Source of the DNA: a virus
Lineage: Duplodnaviria > Caudoviricetes
Virus record (IMG/VR): IMGVR_UViG_3300028833_000067
Location: 96,001 to 160,000 of that record
Strand: one strand, 5' to 3'
DNA length: 64,000 nt
In this document: piece after piece, positions 38,249-48,847 of the stretch
Position numbering within the stretch: position 1 is the first letter of the stretch
Layout: the number at the start of each line of letters is the position of its first letter
Translations under genes and position numbers: made by a program
Notes under the pieces: model-generated
Databases searched by the model: none
Seen by the model: the letters and a program-made list of their open reading frames with translations, nothing else
Told to the model about the DNA's origin: nothing

Positions 38249-38791
38249 ATGGCAACTGCAAATAATACCATAAAGACGAGAATTCAGTTGAAAAGTGACA
38301 CTGAAGAAAATTGGAATAAAGCCGGCCCTAAGAATGGGTCTAATGGTTTCGTGCCACTTTTGGGTGAGTTGATCGTCTATACAGCAGATGCAACTCACCC
38401 TTTTTGTCGTTTAAAGGTGGGCGATGGTATCACTAATGTAGTAGGACTTCCTTTTATTGATAGTGGAACTATTAATGGAGAAGAAGTCGAGCTTGTAAAG
38501 AAAAGTACATTTAATGAGTTTCCCTCTCCGGGAAACTCAGATAAATTATATATAGATTTATCTACGAATAGAATATATCACTATACTGGAGCTACTGGCT
38601 ATAAATAGTTGTCTAATTTTAATTATAATATATAGACAGGTTATGTAGAAGGAATTACATATTGGGATGCCGGTAAAACAACTGACATACGTATTGCTAA
38701 TAATACTTTAATCGTTGACCCTGGAATTGTTCCTTCTTTAGGCCATTATAGTGTTTAGGTAGTAACTGGTATTACTAAGGAGGGAGAATAA
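38249..38791 (+). CDS. tail fibre protein (Mtd-N-like)
   Basis: RIQLKSDTEENW..FVPLLGELIVY..KVGDG. Confidence 0.7.
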
Positions 38792-39759
38792 TGAGTAGTT
38801 ATATTGGAAAAGTACAGATAGGTCCTTCAGATTAGGAGCAAATATTAATAGGTTCGACTTTATATGGAACATGTAGTACTCCTGCAACGACCGCAGATAA
38901 GGTAGTAACTCTACCAGACTTTGATACATTAATGAAAGGTATTACAGTTCATGTACGTTTTATTAATGGTAATAGTATAACTAGTAATGTAAGACTTGCA
39001 GTAGGTAGCACAACTTCTTATCCAGTTGTTGGCAACTGCGTATGCAATGAAAATGATATTATTCCATTTACGTATTATGAAGACAGTACAGAGCATACAT
39101 GGTATGCGAATACTAATATTGTTGTAGCCGAAGGTACAACCGATGGTACGATTAAAGTTAATGGATAGGACGCAACAGTACATGGTTTAGGCACTGCAGC
39201 ATATACACCAGCAACAGATTATGCTACGGCAGCACAAGGAACATTAGCAGATAATGCAATGCCAATTAGTGGCGGTACTTTCACTGGAGCAGTTAGCGGG
39301 CCAGCAGTAAGCGATGCTTCTCCATCTGGCACATTAGCTACAATAGACTATGTGTAGTCCAAAACTGCTGGTTTAAGTGGCCTTACTGGGGCAATGCATT
39401 TCAAAGGAACAACAACGACAGCAGTTACTGATGGAGGTACACAAAATCCAACTATTGGAGGAACAGAAATTACTACTAAAGAGCCCGGCGATGTAGTACT
39501 ATACGGAGATAAAGAATTTGTCTGGACCGAAACCGATCCAAATACACATATTGGATACTGGGAACTATTGGGCGACGAGGGAAGTTATGTATTAGCAACT
39601 TCATAGACTACAGGTAATATTGGTTCTGCTTCTGGATGGAATGCTGGAAGTGCTTCAAGTGCAACAGTAGTTGGCGGAGTATTACAAATAACAAATAGTA
39701 TTGCTCCTAGTTTAACAGTAACCTCTACTAATGTAGTAGTTCCAGTGGCAACGCCATAA
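38791..39759 (+). CDS. tail fibre protein
   Basis: ORFs 38932 and 39394 in frame; YGTCST.A....KVV; GAMHFKG..WELLGDEGSY. Confidence 0.7.
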
Positions 39760-39773
39760 TGGTGGTGAGGTAA

Positions 39774-40418
39774 ATGGGATATATATATTCAATATAGACA
39801 CCAGATAATACTACTCATCTAATTGAACCATTATTATTTGCCACCGCTGGTGGCACTAGAGTAGCGCTAACTGCAGGAATTAATAATTTTACTTTAGTTG
39901 CTGGAGCTTATGTAAATATAAAAGTAAGTGAAGTTGGATCTAATGCCACACTTAATGTTAGTAATACTGGCGCGAAAGATATATATTATAATAATATATA
40001 GATTAGCGCCAATATGCTTACTCCAGATAATATATATACATTTATATATGATGGATCACATTGGAATGTTTTAGGTGATATTACTGGACAAAATATATTG
40101 ATTGGTACTACAGCAGAATGGGCAGCGCATAATACATTTGTTGCTCCAGCGGGAACTGTTATTATTTACACTGATAGAGGTAGTTATACTTCTAATAATA
40201 GTACAATTGTAGTTCCTGGAATAAAAGTTAGTGACGGATTGGCATATGCAGTAGATTTACCATTTGTAGGTGATGATATTGCTGCGGCTATTCGTAGCGA
40301 ATTAAATGATCATATAAATGATAATGTAAAACATATAACAAGTGAAGAACGCACTTTTTGGAATAATAAATTAAATTGTGATGTTACAGATGAAATACTG
40401 TAGCTAAATAGACTATAA
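39774..40418 (+). CDS. tail fibre protein
   Basis: ATLNVS.TGAK.I; IKVSDG...LPF; H..D...HIT.EER..WN.K. Confidence 0.7.
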
Positions 40419-40432
40419 GGAAGTGAATTATA

Positions 40433-41419
40433 ATGGCAGATAATCCAAAAATTAAACAAATTACCCTACCAAATAATACTACATATGATATTGTTGACTA
40501 GGGCGCACGAGACTTAATTTCTGCATTAAATTCTTTTACATATAAATTATGTACTGTGGCAGCGGATACCCCTTCAGGAGTTACTTGGACTAGTGGTAGT
40601 TCTACTATTACTGGTAGTCTTGCCGCCGCAAGTACAACAATGAATGTAATTTATTTAGTGCCTGTAACTCGTAATAATAAAACTATTTATAATGAATATA
40701 TTACTATTGATAAAGGTAGCGGTTCTCCAAGATATTAGTGGGAGATGTTTGGTGATACTGATATCCACTTATCTGATTTTGGCGCGTTAGCTTATAAAGA
40801 TAGCGCTTCTGGAACGTATTCAAAATTAAAATCAATTTCAGTTACAACAAATGCCACTACAAATAAAACTGCCTCTGTAACCGGTTCAGCGGTACCAAGT
40901 GGTGGGACTGCAGATTATACTCCAGCAGGAACAATATCATTTACTAATACTAATAAAACTGCAGCAGTTACTGGTTCTGCTGTCCCCACTGGAGGCACTG
41001 CAAATTATACCCCTGCAGGAAATATCACGGTAAAGACTGCTGGAAGCAATACTACAATTCACAATCCAACTGCAGTTACAGTAGCTAAAACAGTTGTAGC
41101 ATAGGCTCCTAGTGCTTCTAGTCATCCTAATAATAATTTAACATATTATTCAGTTTCTGGAGAAGTATTAAGTCTTTATCAATTAGGATATACCACTGGA
41201 GATTCTATTACAACCTCAGATGTTACTGGTGTACGTACTGGTGATGCGGCGTATCAATTTTCTGGTACAGGAACAATGTTGACTACAGGGAATATTTCCG
41301 TTCCTACTAACGCAACTTTTACTGGAACTGGAACAAAATTAACTACTGGAAATATTCCTGTCCCTTCGAGCTATACTGCTACTCCAACATTTGAAGATCA
41401 AACAATTACTGTTAGTTAA
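40433..41419 (+). CDS. Thr/Gly-rich tail fibre protein
   Basis: ORFs 40556 and 40745 in frame; YTPAG repeats; GALAYKDSASG. Confidence 0.7.
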
Positions 41420-41434
41420 TAGGAGGTGATTTAA

Positions 41435-44248
41435 ATGGCGGATTATATTAGCCAAATAACACTTCCAGATGAAAGTACATATGATTTGAAAGACGCCGCT
41501 GCCGCGCGTGGTAATGGTAGAGTATTTTATGGAACATGTTCTACTGCTGCTGGTACGGTGCCGAAAGAAGTAATTTGTAATAAATATGATACTCTTACTA
41601 TTGGCGATATTTTGATAGTAAAGTTTGCTAATACTAATAGTGCAGCTGTTAATGATAATTTAAAATTATAGATTACAAATTCAAGTGGCAGTACAACTGA
41701 AGCTAAATCTATTAAATAGCAATATAACTCAACTGGTAATAATAATTTAAATGCTGCCGGACAATTAAATAAAGATAGTATTTCAGCTTTTATATATAAC
41801 GGTACATATTGGATTTTATTAAATGGTAATTATAATACTACTTATAGTTATATGCGTCCTTATGGTTCTACTGCAAGCGATATAGCAGCTAAAACTGGCA
41901 GCTCAGGATGGAAATTTTAGTTAACTGCCGGTAAATATTTTATGTTTACGTAGTATTATGACAATACCGCACAATCAGCTTTAACTTTAAATATTGGCAG
42001 TACAGGAGCTAAACCAATTTATATTAATGGTGAACCATCTTCTGCGAATAACTATCTTTTACCGGGAGGATAGTACCTTGTATATTACGATGGTACTAAT
42101 TATCATTTTAGAACTGACGATAAAATACCTGGAAATATTGCAGGAGATGCAGCAACGGTAAACGGTTTAACTGTATAGACGGCGGTGCCTCAAAATGCTA
42201 TATTTACGGATACAAAATCTTTTACTATTACTGCTAATGCAACTGATGGATATTGGAATTTAACTGGAACTAATGGAACTAATGCAGTTACCTATGCTTT
42301 AGCTCCATACTCTTCTAAACAATCAGGAGCCAATTTTTATACAGGCACCACCGTACCGGATGGTACTACGCGTCTAAATTATAATGGTTATTTATATGCT
42401 ACTAAATTATACAGTGGAGGAACTGAGGTATCTGTTAATGGACATACGCACGATGACAGATATTCTTATAATCATTTAAGTGATTATGATTTTACAGATA
42501 CTCAACCACTAAGTAAATATGTTACTTTTGATAAATCAAGGCCCGTTGGCGCGCCTAAGGAAGAATGGTATAATGGTTTCATTAGCTCTCATAGTAATTA
42601 TCATGCTTCTTATATTATAAATGGACACACGCACTAGAATGAATGGTATGTTGGACATGGAATTTGGAGAGAGGCTAATACTCCACATGCTACAGCACCT
42701 ATTTGGTATTTACTGGCACATAGTGGAAATGTAACTACTGGTGATAATAATGGATAGGTAAAGATTGCTGGGTAGAATGTAAGTGTAAAAGGATTAAAAG
42801 ACCTTGCATATATAGCAAAGCCTACTTCTAATACTACCACTACTTTCTTACGTGGGGATGGTACATGGCAAACAGCATTAACTGCTCATTAGAGTCTAGC
42901 CGCTTATGCCCCACTTGCTTCTCCAGCTTTAACTGGTACGCCTACCGCCCCTACCGCGGTGAATGGAACGAATACAACTCAAATTGCTACAACAGAATTT
43001 GTTAATAATACATTATCATATGTAAATGCAATGCGCTTTAAAGGTACATTAGGCACTGGCGGTACTATTACCGCATTACCAGCATCTCATGAAGCAGGTG
43101 ATACATATCGTGTAATAACTCCTGGTACTTGGGCAGGTAAGTATTGTGAAGAAGGTACCTTAATAATCTGTGTTAAAGATGGTACTGTTGCATCAAATGA
43201 TGACTGGACTTCAGTTGAAACTAACGAAGATGGAGCAGTAATTGGTCCATCAACAGCAACAAATGATGGCATTGTTTTATTTAGCGGTAATACCGGTAGA
43301 ATTATAAAAAATAGTAGTAAAACACTCACAACAACCGCTCCTTCCACTGATTCAGATGATACAACAATTCCAACTTCTAAAGCAGTTTGGACTACAGTTA
43401 ATACTGCAATTACTGGGCTTGACTTTACCGCAGTTGGTGGTGATACTGGAGAATATATTAGTAAAATTTCTCAAACTGATGGTAAAATAAGTGCTACTAA
43501 AGCTACTACTTCTGTATCAAATACTTGGACTGCAGGGACAACAGCAGGCCCGACAATAAAAACTACAGTAAATGGAATAGCTGGCACAGCGGTAGCAATA
43601 CCATCTGCTAGTAATACTGCTAGTGGTATTATTACTACTGGAGAGCAAACTTTTGCTGGAATAAAAACTTTTGCTAATACTACTGCTTCTACCTCTACAG
43701 ATACTGGGGCGGTTTTAGTCGGTGGCGGATTAGGAGTAACAGGATAGATAACCGCTGCTCGTCTTGCCGCAAATGGCAGCAATACCTCTTATAATTTATA
43801 TGTAAACGGAACATCCCTATTAAATGGAAATACTACCGTTAATGGAAACTTAATTCCTGGCGCGAATAATACTAAAATATTAGGCTCTACTGATGATAGA
43901 TGGGCCAAATTATATATTGGTAATGCCAATAATCATGGAGATGCCTATACTCCAATATATTGGGATGATGGCGTCCCCACAGTGGTGACTCCTGTATAGT
44001 ATTGTGAATTCACTATTAATGAAGGAACAACTGGAGTAAAACTTGAGCATACAGCTTTTACCACAGCTTCATATGTTATTTAGATTGTAGTTACTAGTGG
44101 TGAATCTAATCTTAATTCTACTATTACATGGGGAAGTGCGGCAGGCTATATCAATTTAACTTGTAGTGCTACTTCTGGCGCAGTAAGTGGTTATATTTTA
44201 GTAAGTAGAGGCGGAGCAATTACTGCAATCGCAACTGATATAACTTAA
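41435..44248 (+). CDS. long tail fibre protein (~937 aa, TAG-recoded)
   Basis: ORFs 41435, 42185 and 42959 in frame; APLASPALTGTPTAPT..TNTTQIATTEFV fibre motif. Confidence 0.8.
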
Positions 44249-44354
44249 TATTTGACTTTTTTCAAATTCCATGATATAATATTTACAGAAGATGAGGAAA
44301 GGAACTCACCTTCTATAAAATAATTTTTTTCATTACATAAGGAGGTAATGAGAT

Positions 44355-44693
44355 ATGATTAAAATCTACAGTGATAAGACCGGAAAGTTCTATAATACAG
44401 TAGACGAAGCAAATCGTGCTGAATTTGAACTGAAGGAAAAGGAAAACCTAGCTCGTATTGAGAAGGAACGCAAAGAGCGTGAACTCAAGGAAAAGAAGGA
44501 TAAGGAAGCCGCTGAGCGTAAGGCTGCTGCTGAAAAGGTAGAAGCCGCGCGCAAAGCAATGGTAGATGCCCAGAAAGCATATAAGGAAGAACTGGATAAG
44601 TTCATTAAGACTTATCATACTTATCATTTCTCTTCTAATAATGTAGAAGATTTTCCGCATCTGTTTGACGTACTAAACGTATTCAGCTGGTAA
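44355..44693 (+). CDS. coiled-coil hypothetical protein (early promoter, no TAG)
   Basis: MIKIYSDKTGKFY...AEKVEAARKA. Confidence 0.75.
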   Translation: MIKIYSDKTGKFYNTVDEANRAEFELKEKENLARIEKERKERELKEKKDKEAAERKAAAEKVEAARKAMVDAQKAYKEELDKFIKTYHTYHFSSNNVEDFPHLFDVLNVFSW

Positions 44694-44699
44694 TGGCTC

Positions 44700-44724
44700 G
44701 GGCTGAGCCTAATCAGCCCTTTTT
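44700..44724 (+). terminator. intrinsic terminator immediately upstream of suppressor tRNA
   Basis: GGGCTGA-GCCTAA-TCAGCCC-TTTTT. Confidence 0.7.
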
Positions 44725-44728
44725 CTGG

Positions 44729-44991
44729 TGCCCTGCGGTCCGTGGCGGACAGACGGTCTCTAGGCTTAATTGGAGCCTTATATGGGGACATATAAGTGAA
44801 AACGTCGCTAAGTCGGTGAAGGCTTAACTGCTAATACCGAGCAAGGGATAAATCCTATGTGTAGAGACTTTACACGACGCATCTAGAACAGATGAAGATA
44901 AAGTCCAGACCACAATACGAAAGTAATGTGATATAGAAAACCGTGGCCTCTGAAGCAAACGAAGTTGGTTCGATTCCAACCAGGGCAGCCA
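44729..44991 (+). tRNA. amber suppressor tRNA (anticodon CUA, Gln-type acceptor); exons 44729-44761 and 44937-44991
   Basis: Acceptor TGCCCTG/CAGGGCA, G73, encoded CCA; spliced anticodon arm ACGGT-CT-CTA-AA-ACCGT; T arm GTTGG-TTCGATT-CCAAC. Confidence 0.85.
44762..44936 (+). mobile_element. group I self-splicing intron (175 nt, no ORF)
   Basis: Exon U / IGS GGAG P1, terminal G, P2 CTTATATG/CATATAAG, P3 CGTCG/CGACG, TCGGT/ACCGA, R element GTAGAGACT, S element GAAGATAAAGTCC, P8 CATCT/AGATG, GAAA-capped P9. Confidence 0.9.
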
Positions 44992-45668
44992 TTAGGTTCT
45001 TCTCTCAACCTATCGCGACAATAGAGAAGCGGCATGAAAGCGCCGTATAAGTACTTCGGGCACTAATACTATGCCTTAGCTTGCCTAGGAAAGCAAAGTA
45101 TCCGACGAGTTATAACGTCTGTAAAAATGATATAACCGTATTAATGCTACGTATGTGTATTCGCAGTACCGCTAAGGCGTTATGGAGCGGCGTAAGGTGT
45201 CACGATATCGCATCATTAGTGGATAAGGGAATTGCGAACCCTTATGGCCATGATTTTCCGTATTTTGAACGTCATTGCAAGTGGCTTAGTAGAAATGCGG
45301 AATTTTTTATAGGAGAGAGAATATGGAAGATTTAAAGAAAGAATTGGCGCGAGTAGGACTAGATAAAGATGATACAACTGAAAGTATATTACAGGAACTT
45401 GCGCTAGAATGGAATAGCATGTCCCAAGAGCAGAAAGATCATTTTATTGAATTATTCACTCAAGCAGATTTAAACAAAATAATTATTTGACATATAATAA
45501 AATTTTTGTTATAATTTATTCGTAAGGAAGGGAGAGATGAGAATGTTAGATGATTTCATTATGAATTTCTCTTGGGAAGAGCTTGAAGACGAATATTACA
45601 CAATTGAAGATTTGGAAAATGATTATTTGACAGAAGAAGAAAATTAATGTATAATAAAGGAGTAAGAG

Positions 45669-45869
45669 ATGGAAAGTATTAAGTTTTGGTACAATTTCAC
45701 CGATGAAAAGAAACAGATGCCTGATTTCGATTTTGATTTGTCAGTATCTGATGAAAATGGTGTTCATCTTGAAGATGTATGTGAGACATTTATTAAATTT
45801 CTTAAAGTAATTGGATATTCACCTGAAAAAGCAAAGGAATATTTTCCAGACGAGCTAGATTATGATTAA
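45669..45869 (+). CDS. hypothetical protein
   Basis: Promoter + AAGGAG RBS; F..FLKVIGY motif. Confidence 0.65.
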   Translation: MESIKFWYNFTDEKKQMPDFDFDLSVSDENGVHLEDVCETFIKFLKVIGYSPEKAKEYFPDELDYD

Positions 45870-45925
45870 TAAATATTTGACTTTTCACAGAATTTAAGAT
45901 ATAATTAGTATGTTAAAAGGGCAGG

Positions 45926-46042
45926 AACGTAGTGTAGAGGTTCAAATCCTCTTGCGGTGGCTCAAAGTAACAAGTTGGTCACTTGTGCTCGCCGCACGGA
46001 TATAGGCGATACCGCGTTTGGCAAGATCACCGCTTGCACTAC
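45926..46042 (+). ncRNA. tRNA-like RNA, possibly circularly permuted
   Basis: AACGT-AGTGT-T arm (AGAGG TTCAAAT CCTCT)-TGCGGTG...CGCCGCA-D-like-GCGTT; follows promoter at 45877. Confidence 0.45.
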
Positions 46043-46048
46043 TTATAT

Positions 46049-46125
46049 CGGGCACTAGCTCAGCAGGTTAGAGCAGCATCCTTATAAGTTGTGTGTCCCT
46101 GGTTCGAGTCCAGGGTGCCCGACCA
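46049..46125 (+). tRNA. tRNA-Ile(UAU)
   Basis: Full cloverleaf, loop CT-TAT-AA, encoded CCA. Confidence 0.9.
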
Positions 46126-46127
46126 AT

Positions 46128-46193
46128 TAGGCACGCGCAGCAAACTTTTTTTGAACAATTGTCTGCTAAACAATTAAGTTTATCGTGCCTAGT
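46128..46193 (+). ncRNA. stem-CAGCA element A carrying Ser(GCT)-like anticodon arm
   Basis: TAGGCACG/CGTGCCTA-GT, CAGCAAA, AATTGT-CTGCTAA-ACAATT. Confidence 0.65.
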
Positions 46194-46549
46194 ATTTCCC
46201 AATAGGGTAGCATGGATGAGCGCGAACTGAAGTGCTTGAGGGACAGGAACTACCATCTATAGGGCCTGTGAGTAAAGATAGATGGCGTGTGAGAGAAGGT
46301 AAACCTAGACTCCCCACTCAGCTAAACGGATTAGCAAAAGGTGTCGGCTAGGTCGCGGAATGGTTTTATCGGTTATACGACGGAGTGTGAAGGCAAATGG
46401 AAACCGAAGATAGCTATCGTTCACTGCTCGGAGAGACCGAGGATAAATAATCAAGCCCATTCTATGAAATGGTACGGCGCAAAGTTTTGGATGTTCTTCC
46501 AGCATTTGATCGGCGCATTATAAAAGAGGATTAAATCAAAGAATATTGT

Positions 46550-46630
46550 CCGAAAACCATAGGGAGGAATGGAGTTCCTCGGCGGCCAGTAAACTGCAAT
46601 AAATGGTTCGATTCCATATGTGGCGTACCG
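46550..46630 (+). pseudogene. degenerate tRNA-like sequence
   Basis: T arm ATGG-TTCGATT-CCAT, 6-bp D-like stem GAGGAA/TTCCTC, irregular anticodon loop. Confidence 0.35.
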
Positions 46631-46659
46631 ATATGAAGTTCGGAGTAGGGCAATTTTAT

Positions 46660-46730
46660 GCGATTATAGTATAGTGGTAATACGCGGCCTTGCCAAGGCT
46701 GAATCACGAGTCCGAATCTCGTTAGTCGCT
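46660..46730 (+). tRNA. tRNA-Gly(GCC)
   Basis: Cloverleaf, CGGCC-TTGCCAA-GGCTG, U73. Confidence 0.9.
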
Positions 46731-46734
46731 CTTG

Positions 46735-46855
46735 TAGACGTATCAGCAATCTTCTTTTGCATGTGAGAGCCCGTCAAGTGTTGGTTCAACTCCAACCCTC
46801 CCAACAGTTGGGAGGTCGCTCAATTGGCAGAAGCGCGGTTATAAGTACGTCTAGT
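46735..46855 (+). ncRNA. stem-CAGCA element B with circularly permuted tRNA module (YrlA/Y-RNA-like)
   Basis: TAGACGTA/TACGTCTA-GT closing stem; order T arm, loop-closed acceptor CCTCCCA-ACAGT-TGGGAGG, D arm GCTCAATTGGCAGAAGC. Confidence 0.75.
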
Positions 46856-46860
46856 TTTAT

Positions 46861-46933
46861 CGCACCTAGGACAAACAGTTAAGTCACGGCGCTCATAACG
46901 CTTGAGGAATCGGTGCAACTCCGATAGGTGCTA
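46861..46933 (+). tRNA. tRNA-Met(CAU), initiator-like (unpaired C1)
   Basis: Loop CT-CAT-AA; C1/U72 mismatch; T loop TGCAACT. Confidence 0.8.
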
Positions 46934-47016
46934 CTCTCACCTTAGCAAAAGCGGTGACTAAACCGATGTGCGGCTAGCAACCTACTGCTATTTGGTGTAT
47001 AAAGGAGGATGAATGA

Positions 47017-48720
47017 GTGAGAGCAGCAGTTTATAGTGGCACACGCAACATTTACGATAAAATGTTAATTGCGGCAAAATCTTTACTTATGCATTCAAAT
47101 GTGGAAAAAATATATTTTCTTATTGAAGATGATTAGTATCCGTATGAGTTGCCAGAAGAAATAGAATGTATGAATATTAGCGGTCAAACTTATTTTCCTA
47201 GTAGCGGCCCTAATTTTAATAATGTATGTACTTATATGGTATTAATTAGAGCCGCATATTCTAAAATATTTCCAGAATTAGATCGTATTTTAAGTATTGA
47301 CATGGATACCGTTGTTAATGAAAATATATCTGATTTATGGGATTTAGATTTAACAGATTATTATTTGGCCGCGGTTGAAGAATAGGAACTATCAGAAAAA
47401 GAAGGCTCCTATATCAATATGGGTGTGGCAATGTTAAATCTAAAAAAAATTCGTGAAGATAAAAAAGATGATGAATTAATTAGTTCTTTAAATAATTATT
47501 GGTATAGATATAAAGAACAAGATTGTTTCAATGAAGTTTTTCGTGGAAATATTTTAATTTTACCAAGTGATTATAATGCGTGTATTTAGGCGGCTCCACC
47601 CAAACATGAGAAGATTACTCATTTTGCTGGACATTATGAATTAAATAAATTTCCTCATTTTAATTATTATAAAGAATTACCCATAGCTGAACTATAGAGA
47701 AATGTTCCAACACCAGTTACTTTAGATATTATTATTCCAACATATAAAAATAAAAAAGGATTAAGACGAACATTAAATTCTATTCCTTCTAATCCAAATG
47801 TTAATGTAATAGTAGTTGATGATGCATCAGAGTTAGATTATTCTGATATATTAATAGATTATCCTCAATTACATTTTTATTCATTATCAATTAATCAAGG
47901 GCCAGGTATGGCTCGACAATATGGATTAGAACACAGTAATGGAATGTATATTACATTCCTTGATACTGGTGATTATTTTTATGAAAATGGACTTCAAACT
48001 ATATTAAATGCTATTAATGAAAATACATACATTAAACTATATACATTTTCTTATGTATATGATGATAGGAATATATTAAGTGATAGGCCAGATGATAAAA
48101 CTATTGGGTCGGTATATAAACGTTCTTTTATTGAAATGTATAATATTCATTTTAGTAAAGAAGGTTCATACGCTAATGAGGATTATGGTTTTAGTCGTGC
48201 TTGTAAATTAATTTTAGATTAGTGGGAAAGATACCATTTTTCAGATGCTAGAAAGCATATAAAAATACCAGTATTTTATGAGCATATTGATTCTCATTCT
48301 TTAACAAAAGCAAATAATGATGAATTTTTCTTTACCAAATTAAGTCCAGGAATTATTACAAATGGGATTCACGCAATCAATATCGCGCGAAAAGCGGGCA
48401 TTAAAGAAGAATATTTAATAGAAGAATATAATTATATTATGGCTCAAGAATATTTCTTCTTTTTATGTATAATATAGGAACGTCCAGATTTAGCTGATGA
48501 TATATGGACAGTGATACGTAATTATTATTTAAATTGTTATCGTACGTATGAAAAATTTGCTTTACGAAATTTATCTACTTATTTCTCTTAGGTTAGTTTA
48601 CCAAGAATTCGTAGTAGAATGAAGCGCTGGCCAAAAAATATTTCTTTTAATATTATGCGCTTTATTAAAGAATTACAAAATGAAGAATTTACCCCAATTA
48701 GATATTTGACTTTAAATTAA
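47017..48720 (+). CDS. GT8 + GT2 fused glycosyltransferase (TAG-recoded)
   Basis: RILSIDMDTVV..ISDLW, YINMGV, EQDCFN (GT8); LDIIIPTY..VIVVDDAS..GPGMARQYG..ITFLD (GT2). Confidence 0.85.
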
Positions 48721-48847
48721 ATTTAATGTATAATTATTATGTTGAGAGGGAGAAATTCCTCTTATATGGGTAGCGTTGGAGTCATGACCAACGAGGTGAA
48801 GATGCTCCTATCATCGGCCATAATTTTAATTCATAGGAGGAATTATT

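Noticed and set aside
7216-43782. Reverse-strand and alternate-frame ORFs over tail genes (e.g. 7834, 14704, 15363, 31885, 43471)
   Set aside because: Shadow frames of longer code-15 genes
4631-44248. Massive pseudogenisation of structural genes
   Set aside because: In the stretches I translated, interruptions are TAG only, in frame and at conserved Gln positions, which indicates recoding rather than decay
35708-44248. Diversity-generating retroelement acting on Mtd-like fibres
   Set aside because: No reverse transcriptase and no TR/VR pair with adenine-specific mismatches seen in this window
44729-44991. tRNA-Pyl or tRNA-Sec
   Set aside because: 7-bp acceptor, 5-bp anticodon stem, canonical T loop, long variable region and U1-A72/G73 fit neither; TAG aligns with Gln in proteins
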